Source: an uncultured Gammaproteobacteria bacterium (GTDB taxonomy: Bacteria; Pseudomonadota; Gammaproteobacteria; UBA9214). Taken from it: a stretch of 64,000 bases of DNA. Location: NCBI GenBank assembly GCA_963748215.1, contig CAVVHS010000006.1, positions 704,001-768,000 on the forward strand, in the 5' to 3' direction. This document shows, piece after piece, positions 40,100-51,626 of the stretch (within the stretch, counting starts at the first letter, position 1; every line of letters begins with the position of its first letter). The position numbers and the translations under genes are program-made. The notes beneath the pieces are model-generated. The model did not search any database. It was not told the DNA's origin and was given only the letters and a program-made list of their open reading frames with translations.

Positions 40100-41512
40100 A
40101 TGAAACACCTGAACAGCTTCAGATTACGAATCCTGTCAGCGGCCATGTTGATCTGTCTGACACCGATCGGGCAGGCCGCCTGTCCTGACGACGGTGCAAG
40201 ACCGATGAACATCGGGCCACACAACCCGCAGACCACGTTCCCGCTCTGGGTGCAGGACTCGGAGGGACTGGGGTTGGAAATCTGCCCGGGTACCGATCAG
40301 CTCAACTGTATCTCGGTGCCACCGTTTACACCTGCGAACACCCCGGGATTGACCCAGGCCCAGTACGACCTCTCGGCGCAGATCGGCTCCGGTGAAGAGG
40401 CCTTCTTTGCCTCGGCAGAGGCAAGCATCGATCTCCCCGGTGGGCTGGCCCTCCTCGTGTCTGCTGTCGAGGCGGCCTTCCTGCCCGATTTCCAGGACGG
40501 CAACCAGTTCGCCTTTACCCGGCTGCGTATCCGCATCGATATCCCAGAGGATGGCACCTACGTGGTGACGCATCCCTGGGGCCAGATCAGCTATGACATT
40601 GTCGGTGCCGCCAACAACAGGGATATCAACGATTCCTTTGATATCCCGTTCCTGGCCGACCAGGTGGGCTACCAGGGTCGCCTCGGCCCCATCCTGACCT
40701 GGGACACCTTCCCGGACGACCTGCTGCTTGACCAGTACGGTCCGCCCTTCACGTTTGACCCGCCGTTCGGTGGTAGCGGGCCGGATGGCATCCCCGACTA
40801 CATCGGCACGCTGAACTTCCTGAACCCGCTCACCGGCGGGCCCGAGCACCAGGTCAAAGGCAGCCCGTGTGGCACCAACTTTTTCCGTATCGACGGACCG
40901 AATATCGGCGGACCCGGCATCAATTCCGTCCAGACCGACCTGTTCACCGTCACCGGCAAGGTGTTCAATGGCGCGGTGCTGCCAACACCCCTGGCCGTCG
41001 ACCAGGCGACCTACAGCCGCGCCACGGTTGGAACTGTGAATGTCGGACGTGTGAATGTCTTTGCCACTGCACCTACGATCGCGGATGTCAGCTTCACCGG
41101 TGGGCCAAACATACCGGCCGGAGTACAGGTCATGGCCAATGACGGCAGCAACCGCCATTTTGGCACGGTAGCGCTCACACCGGACGGTGACACAGTGCCG
41201 TCCAGTGTTGATGTGACCGCCGACAATAACGCAAACCCCGTCAACACGCCGACCGTCACCAACGTACCACTGGTCGACCTGGTCACGGTCACCCGCGCGG
41301 AATACGACTTTGCGACCGGTGTCCTGACCATCGAGGCGCACTCGAGTGACCTGGTCGCATCACCGACGCTGTCCGCGCTGGGCCAGAACCTGATCAACGG
41401 GGTGCTGACCACGACCCTGAATCCGGGCGTTGCACCGCCGACGGTCACCGTGACATCCCTCGCGGGTGGTTCTGCCACGCTTCCCGTCACCATCATTCAC
41501 GCCGCGCCCTGA
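40100..41512 (+). CDS. Secreted hypothetical protein, family B copy 1 (no dockerin)
   Basis: Signal peptide; shares EAAFL..DG.QF.FTRLRIR, INDSFD, GP.LTWDT and GSP.GTNFFRI with the next gene. Confidence 0.8.
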   Translation: MKHLNSFRLRILSAAMLICLTPIGQAACPDDGARPMNIGPHNPQTTFPLWVQDSEGLGLEICPGTDQLNCISVPPFTPANTPGLTQAQYDLSAQIGSGEEAFFASAEASIDLPGGLALLVSAVEAAFLPDFQDGNQFAFTRLRIRIDIPEDGTYVVTHPWGQISYDIVGAANNRDINDSFDIPFLADQVGYQGRLGPILTWDTFPDDLLLDQYGPPFTFDPPFGGSGPDGIPDYIGTLNFLNPLTGGPEHQVKGSPCGTNFFRIDGPNIGGPGINSVQTDLFTVTGKVFNGAVLPTPLAVDQATYSRATVGTVNVGRVNVFATAPTIADVSFTGGPNIPAGVQVMANDGSNRHFGTVALTPDGDTVPSSVDVTADNNANPVNTPTVTNVPLVDLVTVTRAEYDFATGVLTIEAHSSDLVASPTLSALGQNLINGVLTTTLNPGVAPPTVTVTSLAGGSATLPVTIIHAAP

Positions 41513-41532
41513 GACAGGCTGGAGACATTACA

Positions 41533-43398
41533 ATGAGTTACAGAACACACATTACTCTGGTCGCAGCCCTGCTGGGTCTGGTCATGGGGTCAACGGCGCA
41601 GGCGGTCTGTTCCGTGGCCGGCAATACCGCCACGCCTTTCATTGCCGGCCCGCCGAACCCCAATAACGGCTTTGCGGAATACGTGCGGGACACCGGCCCT
41701 AACAATCTTGCCCTGGAGCTGTGCCTCAGTCCGAGCCAGCCCACGCTCGATCCGATAACCGGGGCCATAATCTCGCCGGTCGGCGCCGCACCGTTCTGCT
41801 TCTTCGACCCGCCCGATCCGGCCAGTGCCTTCTCGACCCAGATCGGCTTCGGCTTCGAGGGCTTCTGGTGGCTGACCCAACCCGATACCTCGAACTTTCC
41901 CCCCGCACAAGACCCGATCGCCCTCGGCGGCGACGGCACCGGAGTTGATGCTGTCCTGGTGCTGGGCGCCGAGGCGGCCTTCCTGGGCGAGATCGTCGAT
42001 GGCGAGCAGTTCCCGTTCACCCGCCTGCGCATCCGGGTGAATGTAAACACGCCAGGTGTCTACCGCATCACCGAACCCTACGGTATACATGTCTATGAGG
42101 TTAATGCCGTGGGTCCCGGCAACGAGATCAACGACAGCTTCGATGTCGAGTTTACCCAGGGCACGATCGATGCCGCCGGCACTGTAACCGAGGCGACCAA
42201 CGATACCAATTGTGTTGGCCCCTGGCTGACCTGGGACACCTACCCGGGCGACCCGGCACTCGACATTTTCGGCCCGGGCGGTGTTCCCGGTACGGATGGC
42301 ATCGCGGACTTCATCGGTGACGGTGCCACCTCGCATGCGATCACCGGCAGTCCCACCGGCACCAACTTCTTCCGCATCGAGGCCTTCACGAACCTGGCAC
42401 AGACCATTCCGCTGAACACCCTCGACCCGGGTGACGCGGACGGCAACGGCAGTACCAGCAGTGTCGAGACCAACCTGTTTACCGTGGTCGGCAAGGTCTA
42501 CGACGGCCGCCTGGCCACACCCATGATTGCGGAACGCACCACCTATTCACGCGATGCCGCGGGAACCATCAGGCAGGTGGATGTCTTCACCGCCGGGTCC
42601 GGCACGGCACTGGTCAGCTTCACCGGCGGACCCAATGTGGGCGGACCCTTCGGACCCCTGGTGGGTAACCTGGGCGACTTCTTCGGCAGCGAGCTGCTGA
42701 ATCCGAACGCGGCGGTGATACCGCCGGTGCTGGACATCGACGCAACGGATGTTGCAACGGACCCCACCCACCTGGTGCGGCCACTGGTGGACCTGGTGAG
42801 CATCACCCGTGCGGATTTCAACATCAGTCTCGGAACCCTGACCGTGGAGGCAAGCTCGAGCGATACCCTGGTTCCGCCCACGCTGAGGCTCGTCAACCTG
42901 GATCAGACCCTGAGCGCCGGCAGTGTTGCGGTGACGCAGTCAGCAACCGGCGCACCGCTGGCGCCGCCCGGCACGGTCACCGTGACCTCGACGGCGGGCG
43001 GATCCGCCACCCGGCTGGTTGAGGTCATTTCCGACGACCAGGACGGTGACGGTGTGCTGGATGCTGTGGACAACTGCCCTGTCACCTTCAACCCGGGACA
43101 GGAGGATAGCGACGTCGGCGGGCCAGATGGTGTCGGCGATGTGTGCGACAACTGCACACTGGTTGCCAACGCCGACCAGCGTGATACCAACGGCGATGGT
43201 TTCGGCAATGTCTGCGATGCGGACTTTAACAACAATGGCATCGTGGACCCGACCGATTTCACATCCATCAAGGCTGCAATAGGCACGGTCAATCCGGATC
43301 GAGACCTGAATGGCAACGGTATCGTGGATCCAACCGATTTCACCTTTACCAAGGCCCATATCGGGCAGGCTCCGGGTCCCTCGGGACTCAACCCGTAG
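41533..43398 (+). CDS. Secreted hypothetical protein, family B copy 2, with TSP3-dockerin-like tail
   Basis: Signal peptide, paralog motifs as above, and the C-terminal duplicated EF-hand module. Confidence 0.85.
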   Translation: MSYRTHITLVAALLGLVMGSTAQAVCSVAGNTATPFIAGPPNPNNGFAEYVRDTGPNNLALELCLSPSQPTLDPITGAIISPVGAAPFCFFDPPDPASAFSTQIGFGFEGFWWLTQPDTSNFPPAQDPIALGGDGTGVDAVLVLGAEAAFLGEIVDGEQFPFTRLRIRVNVNTPGVYRITEPYGIHVYEVNAVGPGNEINDSFDVEFTQGTIDAAGTVTEATNDTNCVGPWLTWDTYPGDPALDIFGPGGVPGTDGIADFIGDGATSHAITGSPTGTNFFRIEAFTNLAQTIPLNTLDPGDADGNGSTSSVETNLFTVVGKVYDGRLATPMIAERTTYSRDAAGTIRQVDVFTAGSGTALVSFTGGPNVGGPFGPLVGNLGDFFGSELLNPNAAVIPPVLDIDATDVATDPTHLVRPLVDLVSITRADFNISLGTLTVEASSSDTLVPPTLRLVNLDQTLSAGSVAVTQSATGAPLAPPGTVTVTSTAGGSATRLVEVISDDQDGDGVLDAVDNCPVTFNPGQEDSDVGGPDGVGDVCDNCTLVANADQRDTNGDGFGNVCDADFNNNGIVDPTDFTSIKAAIGTVNPDRDLNGNGIVDPTDFTFTKAHIGQAPGPSGLNP

Positions 43399-43415
43399 CC
43401 GCGGTCAGACAGCAA

Positions 43416-43447
43416 CTGGTGCAGGTCGGTGGATCAAGCCGCACCAG
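43416..43447 (+). repeat. Conserved intergenic hairpin after a dockerin gene (also 46713-46746, 56538-56578, 58962-58995)
   Basis: GGTGCAGGTY...RCCTGCACC stems start 17-24 nt after the stop codons and lack a U-tract. Confidence 0.7.
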
Positions 43448-43538
43448 CGTTGGGGGACAGATGGAGCGTTTTGGCAAAGATGACGCAACTGGATATTGAT
43501 TGACTAATTGAAGTATGGGAACAGCGGAGGCACAAAAA

Positions 43539-46500
43539 ATGAAGACATACAAGGTATACGAATATGACGGTTTCAGTGTCACAAATCGTGGTACGGGACC
43601 AGTCAAACACAAACGCTGGCCGTCTGCCCTAATGACGGCGATCAGCACCCTGGCCATCGCTGGCATACTGAGCTTGACCGGCACGAATATGGCCGCTGCC
43701 GCGGTCGACGTGCCGTCGAGCCTGCCGGGCAGCCCGCTGACTGGTTTAGCTGGTCAGACAGGGCCGATATTGTCCTTCGCCCAGAAGATGCTGCGTTTCG
43801 AGGAGTTCGGCGTGCATCCGTTGCCGGCACCCGGCACAACAGCACAAAAGAACTTTCCGTTGCCGGTGGCCACCGCCACACAGCCCGACCCTTGTCGCTC
43901 CAGGCCAGATGCCCTGAACATGGATGCCTTCCTTGATGCGCCGATATGGCCTGATCCGACTGCGCAGGCCAACCTCAGTGAGAATCCGTGGCACACGCTG
44001 ATTGCCCCCTGTGTGGGACTCGATCCAGTGACGTTCACCGGTGTCATGGAAGGGCGTCCGCCGGGCATTAGCTTCGCCCACCAGCGCTGGGACGAGTTCA
44101 AGCCCGTGATATATTTCGAAACCGCCCAAGGCGGGGCGCGGCCAGGTACCGGCAGACTTGATGACGAGCAGAGCCACAACTACTCGGTAGGTGAGTTTGC
44201 GCCGGGGGGGCTGTACCACGACACCACGGGCGGTGGCACGAACGGCACGACCGCCGGTATCGATATCAGATTCCACCCGAACATGCCGATCCAGGAGCCG
44301 CTGACCCTGTGGACCTTCGGTGACGGTACTCTGCCGCCGAAGCTGTTGCGGACCCGTTACGCCCAGCCTATCCTGATGCGCCACTATAACGCGCTGCCGA
44401 TCGATGCCACTGCCAACAACAACTTCGGTGAGCACACCATCACCACCCACGAGCACAACGGCCACAACCCGGGCGAGGTCGACGGCTTTGCCGGCGCCTA
44501 TTTCTTCCCCGGCCAGTTCTACGACTACCGCTGGCCGATGACGCTGGCCGGCTATGACAGCATCAATACCGATGCGTCGGATCCGCGTGCCGCCACCCCG
44601 TGCTCGCCGGGCGAGGTGCTGATGATTTCCAATCCCATCACCCACGTGCCCGAGCCCAAGACCTGCGATCCCACCACCCTCACCGTCAGAATCCCGGGTG
44701 ACTGGCGCGAGACCATGAGCACCCACTGGTTCCACGATCACATGATCGACCGCACCTCGGAGAACGTCTACAAGGGCAACGCGGCAATGATGAACTATTA
44801 CAGTGGTATCGACCGCGGCAAGGAAGGCTTCCTGTGCGATTACGATGACACCCCCGCCCAGGACAACATCAACCTGTGCTTCCCCAGCGGCACCGCGCTG
44901 GACTGGGGTAACCGCGACTATGACATCCAGCTGCTGGTTGCCGCCAAGGCCTGGGCCCCGGTGACCGGTCAGCTGGACATGGCGGGTGGCCTGAATGAGG
45001 ACGGCTTTCTGGGCGACCGGATGACGGTTAACTGGCTGTACGAACCGTACCTGGATGTACGTGCCCGCAAATACCGCTTCCGCATCCTCAACGGCGCCGT
45101 GGCGCGCTTCTTCAAGATCGCCCTCGTGGAGCAGGTGGCCGGAAACGGCGGTGAGTTCCCCGGCCCGGCCGGTTCGAACGTGTCCTATAACCAGGTTTCG
45201 TTCCACATGATCGCCAACGACGGCAACATCCTGGAGCACGCGGTGCCGTTCCCCAATGCGTCCTCGCCTGAGGGCTTGCCGATCCAGTCCATTGCCGAGC
45301 GCTTTGACATCATCGTCGACTTCAGCCAGTTCGCAGTGGGTACCAGGCTGTACCTGGTCAACACCCTGGCGCTTCGATGACGGCCGGGGTCCCAAGGAGG
45401 TCGTCCCGCTGGCTGACATCCTCAGTGGAGCCTATGCGCCCGTGCTTGATCCCCTCCCCTGTATCGACAGCTGCTGGTCGCATGACCCGGTCGTAAAACG
45501 CTTCATGGAGTTCCGGGTGCAGGCGCCTGTCGGTCCCGATCTGAGCATGAATCCGGCCGACTACGAGGTGGGTGGGAAAACGATGATCCCGCTGGTGCAG
45601 TTCACCCAGGCAGAGCTCGACTCGGCCATCCACCGCACCTTCCATTTCGGTCGTGGCGGCTTCCCCGGTCTCGCGGCAACCGACGGTCGTCCCACACCAT
45701 GGGGTATTGTCACCGACGATGAAATCGCGGCCACCACGCCCGATGGCTGTGTCGCTGACCCCGGTGAGATCCTGTGCACGCGCAATGCGGACATCAACCG
45801 TGTCTCGGCCGCCCCGGAGACCATCGGGGGTGGCGTGGAGATCTGGCATATCACCGGTGGCGGTGGCTGGGGTCATCCGGTGCATGTCCACTTCGAGGAG
45901 GGCCAGTACCTGGCGCGTGATGGTGCGCTTCCGCCCCCGTGGGAGGTGGGTGCGCGCAAGGACATGTACCGTATTTCGGGTCTGAATGACCCGAGCAGTA
46001 GCCAGACGATCGATGTCGTGATCCGCTTCCGCGAGTTCGCCGGTACCTTTGTGGAGCACTGTCACAACACCACGCACGAGGACAAGGCCATGCTGTTGCG
46101 CTGGGACAACGAACTGCCGGGGCAGACGGTGCGTATCCCGACACCGCTTCCGACCTGGGAAGGCGTCGGCTACATCAGCGCGACCAATCCGGACCCGCAT
46201 ACCGGGGAAACCGCGGTTCTCGAGCTGGCGACCATCAAGACCGGCAATGTTGCGGTGGCGACGCTCTCCGACCTGGATGGCGACCTGGTCCTCGATACGG
46301 TAGACAACTGTGTGCTGGCTGCCAACCCGGGTCAGGCGGATGGCGATGGTGATGGCGTGGGCGATGCCTGCGACAACTGCACCCTTGTCGCCAACGCCAA
46401 CCAGCGGGATACCGACGCGGATGGTTTCGGCAATGTCTGCGATGGCGACTTCAACAACAACGGTCGCCTCGGGAACGGGATCGTGGACCCGACGGATTTC

Positions 46501-46689
46501 ACCCTGCTGAAATCACGCATTGGTGTACCGCCGATCCAGAGTCCTTTGCCTCCAGTCGGTAGCGGGATACTTCAACCCGTCGCGCCGAGTCAGGACCTGA
46601 ACGGTAATGGCATTGTGGATCCGACTGATTTCACCCTGCTGAAATCGCTCATTGGTTCACAACCGGGCCCCTCGGCGTTAGTCCCGTAG
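43539..46689 (+). CDS. mcoA: Multicopper oxidase, McoA/MofA-like candidate Mn(II) oxidase, with TSP3-dockerin-like tail; single frameshift at ~45372
   Basis: Cu motifs THEHNGH and WFHDH lie in ORF 43515-45380; HPVHVH and HCHNTTHEDKAM lie in ORF 45256-46689. Removing one base in CTGGCGCTTCGATGAC joins them as NTLAFDDGRGPK. RBS GGAGG precedes ATG 43539. Confidence 0.75.
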
Positions 46690-46954
46690 GCAAGGGACGT
46701 GCGCAGACCGGCGCTGGTGCAGGTCGATGGCTTGACCTGCACCAGCACGACGGGGCGAAATCATGGGCTGTCAGTGGTAATGGTGCCACTGACAGCACGA
46801 GTGGCACCTGCAAAGAACCGCAGGGGGATGATTGCTCACAGGACCCATACGTCAATGGCAAACCACTCGACATAAATCACAAGATCGTCTTGATATAATG
46901 AATCCCGAGGGTCTGAACTGATCTGTTACCGGTAAGTTTAATATGAGGCTGCTT

Positions 46955-48052
46955 ATGAGTTGTATCCGTTTCACCGCAAACCCTGGGGGCGCTATCGCCG
47001 CCGCTCTCCTGCTCTTTTCCACCCTTTCACTGTTGGCTGCCAATCCAGCCGGCGCGGCGCCGCAGCAGCAGTTTCCCAATGTCCCCCTGACAAACCAGGA
47101 CGGCGAGACGCTGCACTTCTACGATGACGTTATCAAGGGCAAGGTGGTGTCCATTAATTTCATGTTCACGAGTTGTGGAGACTCCTGCCCGCTGGAGACA
47201 GCCAAGCTGCGCAAGGTTCAGCAGCAGCTCGGCGAGCATGCCGGGAAAGACGTCTACATGTATTCCATTACCGTCGACCCCGACCGCGACACGCCGGCGG
47301 CACTCAAGGCGTACATGCAAAAATTCAACATCGGCCCCGGCTGGCAGTTCCTGACGGGAAAGAAGGCAGACATCGATCAGATACGTAAAAGGCTGGGCAT
47401 GTACAGTGAAGAAGCGGATGAGCTCAGCGATCACGCAATCAACTTCGTGCTGGGCAATGAGGCGACCGGACAGTGGTTGAGGCGTACCCCCTTTGATCTG
47501 CCCGAAACACTGGTTTCCGTACTGCTTGGCCGCCTGCAACAGTACCGGCTGGCTTCGTCAGCGGCTGCAGCAAGACCGAGCTATGCGCTGAGCCGCCCCA
47601 TGCCGGCTGCACGCCCGGGTGAGGATCTGTTCAATACGCGCTGCACGGCCTGCCATACCATCGGCCAGGGCGATAAACTGGGCCCGGATCTGCTGGGTGT
47701 TGTCAGTAAACGGGACCGTCAATGGCTGATCCGCTGGCTGCAGGAACCCGATGTGATGCTGAAGGAAAAAGATCCCCTGGCAACAGCGCTCTACAACCAG
47801 TATGGCAAGGTGCCGATGCCGAATGTGAAGCTGACTGACAAGAATGCGCTTGATCTGATCGAGTACATGCAGGCGGAGACCCTGCGTGTGAACGCACTAT
47901 CCGAGGATACGCCCGCGCAAGCAGACAGCCTGGAAAGCATCGACACGACAGAACCGGCAGTCCGCACAGACGGGAGTCCGCCTCCGGGCAACGAGATACC
48001 GCAGGAACAGGCGCGGGCGGATTCCGCACCGGTAAAGGAGATTAGCAATTAA
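46955..48052 (+). CDS. SCO1/SenC copper chaperone fused to cytochrome c, copy 1
   Basis: FTSCGDSCP (CxxxC), SITVDPDRD, conserved His in SDHA, then CTACH...GPDL...MPN. Confidence 0.9.
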   Translation: MSCIRFTANPGGAIAAALLLFSTLSLLAANPAGAAPQQQFPNVPLTNQDGETLHFYDDVIKGKVVSINFMFTSCGDSCPLETAKLRKVQQQLGEHAGKDVYMYSITVDPDRDTPAALKAYMQKFNIGPGWQFLTGKKADIDQIRKRLGMYSEEADELSDHAINFVLGNEATGQWLRRTPFDLPETLVSVLLGRLQQYRLASSAAAARPSYALSRPMPAARPGEDLFNTRCTACHTIGQGDKLGPDLLGVVSKRDRQWLIRWLQEPDVMLKEKDPLATALYNQYGKVPMPNVKLTDKNALDLIEYMQAETLRVNALSEDTPAQADSLESIDTTEPAVRTDGSPPPGNEIPQEQARADSAPVKEISN

Positions 48053-48082
48053 AGAGGCTCACTATAGCGGGAGGATAATAAT

Positions 48083-48817
48083 ATGAAAAACCGCTCAAAC
48101 AACGCGAGATTAACCACGTCCGTTTTCGCCATGCTTTGCCTGTTACTGCCCGGCGCGGCCCGGGCAATCAGCGTCGGCCAGATCGATAACTTCGAAGACG
48201 GCACGCTTCAGGGCTGGCGGATGGGCATAACCACGGTCACGAAAAGCCATATGGCAAACATCGCCACTGGCGGGCCCGCCGGGACCGGCGACAGCTTCCT
48301 TCAGGTTATCGCGGACGGAACGGCCGTTCAGGGTGGAAGGATGACCTTCTTCAACAAGACCCAGTGGACGGGTAATTACACCGCAGCGGGGATCACTGCC
48401 ATCACCATGGACCTGAAGAATATCAGCTCCAGTGAAGCCCTGAATCTGCGACTGGCGATCGATGGCGGTACCTATACCACCAGCATTGATTTTATCGGGG
48501 GCAAATTTTCCACCGCGGCCAGCATCAGCCTGGACAGCGGCAGTGACTGGACGCGGGTCGTGTTCTCATTGCTGCCCGGCGATCTGATCCCCGTCTGTAG
48601 CCCTGGTCCTATCTGCAGCCTGGGCAACGATGTCCAGGCCACACTGGCCAACGTGCGGGAATTGCGGCTACTGAACAGTACAAACCCCGACTGGAACGGG
48701 CTCCCGGTTGCCGGAAAACTGGGTATCGACAACATCCAGGCGGTACCGCTACCGCCGGCTCTTGCACTGTTCGGTTCGGGACTCGTTGTACTCCTGACAG
48801 GACGGCGCAAACAATAA
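48083..48817 (+). CDS. PEP-CTERM (VPLPA-type) surface protein, family C copy 1
   Basis: Signal peptide; C-terminus VPLPPALALFGSGLVVLLTGRRK. Confidence 0.85.
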   Translation: MKNRSNNARLTTSVFAMLCLLLPGAARAISVGQIDNFEDGTLQGWRMGITTVTKSHMANIATGGPAGTGDSFLQVIADGTAVQGGRMTFFNKTQWTGNYTAAGITAITMDLKNISSSEALNLRLAIDGGTYTTSIDFIGGKFSTAASISLDSGSDWTRVVFSLLPGDLIPVCSPGPICSLGNDVQATLANVRELRLLNSTNPDWNGLPVAGKLGIDNIQAVPLPPALALFGSGLVVLLTGRRKQ

Positions 48818-48835
48818 TATTCAGACATAATAGCA

Positions 48836-48860
48836 GCCAGCTGATCAGCTGGTCTTTTTT
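48836..48860 (+). terminator. Probable Rho-independent terminator
   Basis: GCCAGCTGATCAGCTGGT hairpin followed by CTTTTTT. Confidence 0.6.
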
Positions 48861-48890
48861 ATGAGTATCAGCAACAGGGATCCGAGCACA

Positions 48891-49409
48891 ATGAAATATC
48901 ATGTCGTAGTATTTGTTTCACTCATTGCGTTACCGTCTATTTTCACCAGTTGCTTTGGTCACGAGAATCCGGGTGCACCCGAGAGCTGTAAATGCTTCCG
49001 CGGAGATTAAGCAGCCGACTGAAGCAAAGACTGCAACTGATAGCCAGGAGGTTCAGCAGCCGACGCAGCCAGGAGACAATGCTAGCCCGGAGGTTCAGCA
49101 GCCGAGCACAGCCAAGGCAGCAAATGATAATCCAAAGCTTGAGAAGCCGGCTGAAACCGAGGCAATGGAAGCTGCCATAGCGTACCTGAACCATGATGGA
49201 CAAATGACTATAAAAAAGTCAGAGTTTATCGCATGGGGTACGTATAGTGAAAAAATGGTCGTACTGGCCAGATGAAATTGCGTTTGACCTATAAAACCAA
49301 GGGATCTGATAAGACAAGGCAGAATGAATATGCTGTGAAGATCTCCAAAGACAGCGACGGTAAATGGATAGCCACACAGTATTGGGCGTGGAGAACCGAC
49401 TTCAAATAA
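48891..49409 (+). pseudogene. Frameshifted small exported/lipoprotein gene with Q/P repeats
   Basis: MKYHVVVFVSLIALPSIFTSC shifts into EIKQPTE..EVQQPTQ..EVQQPST repeats, then shifts again into MKLRLTYK...QYWAWRTDFK*. GC content is lower than the flanks. Confidence 0.45.
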
Positions 49410-49459
49410 CGACACGTGGCTGATTTTTTGCGACAGCAACATATTTAATGGGACTTCCC

Positions 49460-50360
49460 CTGATTGATCGGGTAACACATCAATTTAGACGAGACGCATT
49501 CCTTCTGATGGCAAGGTTGTTGGCCGAATGAATTCGGCCAACAACGGCAATCTACCCACTCGATTTGGGGAAGAGCCGATTAATTAACTCATCGTCATCC
49601 CGGCGCATGCCGGGATCCAGATTTTTCAATAACCTGGATGCCGGCCTTCACCGGCATGACGAATTAATCAGAGATTCCCTTGTTTTTTCCGTGTTCTTCC
49701 GTGGCCATTTATCTTTTCACGCTTCACGTCTCACGTCTCACCCGTCGTTGCCCAGGTTGCGCAGGCGATCGATACACAGGTGTAGGGTGCATTCCGTGCA
49801 CCATCGCCGGTGCGTAAAACGCACCCTACGTCACGTTATGAATTCTTGGGAACCTCTGATTAATTGGATCTTCCCCTGATTGAGTGGGTAACACATCAAT
49901 TTAGACGAGACGCATTGCTTCTGATGGCAAGGCTGTTGGCCGAATGAATCCGGACCTGCTCAATCAGACCTAGGGTCGAATTCATTCGACCAGTGGTAGT
50001 TCATCCGAGCAGACGCGCTGCACTGATCACCGAAAACAAAGGATGACGACCGGGGGTAACCGTGGTGATGCAACGGAGATCGACCCGCATGATTTGGGGA
50101 AGAGCCTAAAATATAGACAACAACCTGTTTTATATCCCCTCTTCCCGCCCTTCTCCCGGAGAGACAAGGAATGCTTTGTTTCCGGATAGCATTATGGAAG
50201 CGCTGATTAATTCAATGCTCGTCATTCCGGCGCAGAGCCTGCCCCTGCGAAGGCAGGGGCCGGAATCCAGGAACGGCCTGAATTGTAACACCTGGATTCC
50301 GGGTCTCCCCCCGGATCAAGTCCGGGGTTCGCCCGGAATGACGGGTTAATCAGAGCTACA
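49460..50360. mobile_element. Mosaic of REP/REPIN elements, a RAYT remnant and MITE-like palindromic elements
   Basis: Two copies of the 14669 unit; a GTAGGGTGC..GCACCCTAC pair; a minus-strand fragment CITTVTPGRHPLFSVISAARLL; GTCATYCCGG...CCGGMATGAC palindromes bounded by CYGATTAA/TTAATCAG inverted ends. Confidence 0.7.
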
Positions 50361-50454
50361 TTAATATGCTACTGAATATCATTTGCATGCACACTGATCC
50401 GCCGCCTGACGGCGGAGAGCTTACAGATCCCCTATACGGGGACTCTGGAACACC

Positions 50455-51147
50455 ATGAGATTCATCGTACCCGCTGGCGCACTCACGTCTTCCCTCGCCC
50501 TGCTCCAGTCCGGCGCGGCCCGGGCGAACAGCGCAGGTCAGATCGACAGCTTCGGAAACGACACAGTACAGGGCTGGAATATAGGCTTAACCACACTCAC
50601 AACCCGCCATATGACAAACATCGCCGATGGCGGACCGGCGGGACGGCGACAACTTCCTGCAGGTGGTCGTAGACGGAACGAGTGTTCAGGGCGGAAGGCT
50701 GACCTTCTTCAACCGGTTGCAGTGGACGGGTGATTACACCACGGCGGGTGTCACCGCAATCGACTTGGAACTGAAAAATTTGGGCGTCTGTTAAACCTGG
50801 ATCTGCAGCTGGCGAACAATGTCGACACTATCGGTGGTGTGTTTGCCACTTCGGCCAGCATCAGCCTGGACACTGGCAGTGGCTGGACACGGGTCGTGTT
50901 CTCATTGCTGCCCGGTGATCGGATCCCTGCCAGTGGCGACATTGGCGGTAACACCGATGACATCGATGTCCAGGCAGCTCTTGCCAACGTGCTGGAATTG
51001 CGGCTACTGAACAGCGTAACCCGCGGCTGGAACGGGCTCCCGGTTAACGGCACCCTGGGTATCGGCAATATCCGGGCGGTACCGCTGCCGTCATCCCGGG
51101 CACTGTTGGGCTCGGGACTGCCTGCACTGTGCACCATGCCGCGCTGA
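50455..51147 (+). pseudogene. Degenerate PEP-CTERM family C paralog
   Basis: GQIDSFGNDTVQGW, GGRLTFFNRLQWTGDY and ...VPLPSSRALLGSGL fall in different frames, collinear with 48083 and 60215. Confidence 0.8.
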
Positions 51148-51479
51148 CAAGCGCGGCATGGCGGCTTCCCACCAGGCTCAAGGGGCCGTGGTACCCGGTA
51201 AAATCTGTATAAATTTCTGGTCAGTGACAGGTCACTAACTCATTGATATGTCGATATTTTGACTCAAATTCGTCGTAATTTCTTACGTTTATTACAGGCC
51301 ACATTAACACCGCGAATTTTTTAACATATTGTATACGTTATTAATTTTAATTTTTGATGGTGAGATCCACGCATCGACATGTCCAAAAACATTACAACAC
51401 AGCATCAATATCCAGCCTAAACAAAAATCTATTTAACATATTTCAATCAACTAATTGAATATTATGTGAATAATATAAT

Positions 51480-51495
51480 TGGCACGACAATTGCC
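51480..51495 (+). promoter_or_regulatory. Sigma-54 promoter
   Basis: TGGCACGACAATTGCC follows an AT-rich tract. Confidence 0.8.
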
Positions 51496-51522
51496 TTGAT
51501 TACTACATAAAGGTGCTATCTA

Positions 51523-51626
51523 AGGTGCCCGGTCAGACGGCTCAGACAAGATTCGGTCCGGCACACTAATAATTAAGCGACGCCCACTAAGTTGATAGCA
51601 GAGCGTCGCATAAGGGGATTACCATG
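51523..51626 (+). promoter_or_regulatory. Conserved structured 5' leader, copy 2
   Basis: Similar to 36365-36478; stem GCGACGC/GCGTCGC, then RBS AGGGGATT and ATG 51624. Confidence 0.5.

Noticed and set aside
19693-46689. Interpretation as a true polysaccharide-degrading cellulosome
   Set aside because: I recognise no glycoside hydrolase or multi-cohesin scaffoldin; the tagged proteins are redox enzymes, a protease and unknowns.
49460-50360. Clustered repeats as a possible CRISPR array
   Set aside because: No regular repeat-spacer periodicity and no cas genes; the repeats are palindromic REP/MITE types.
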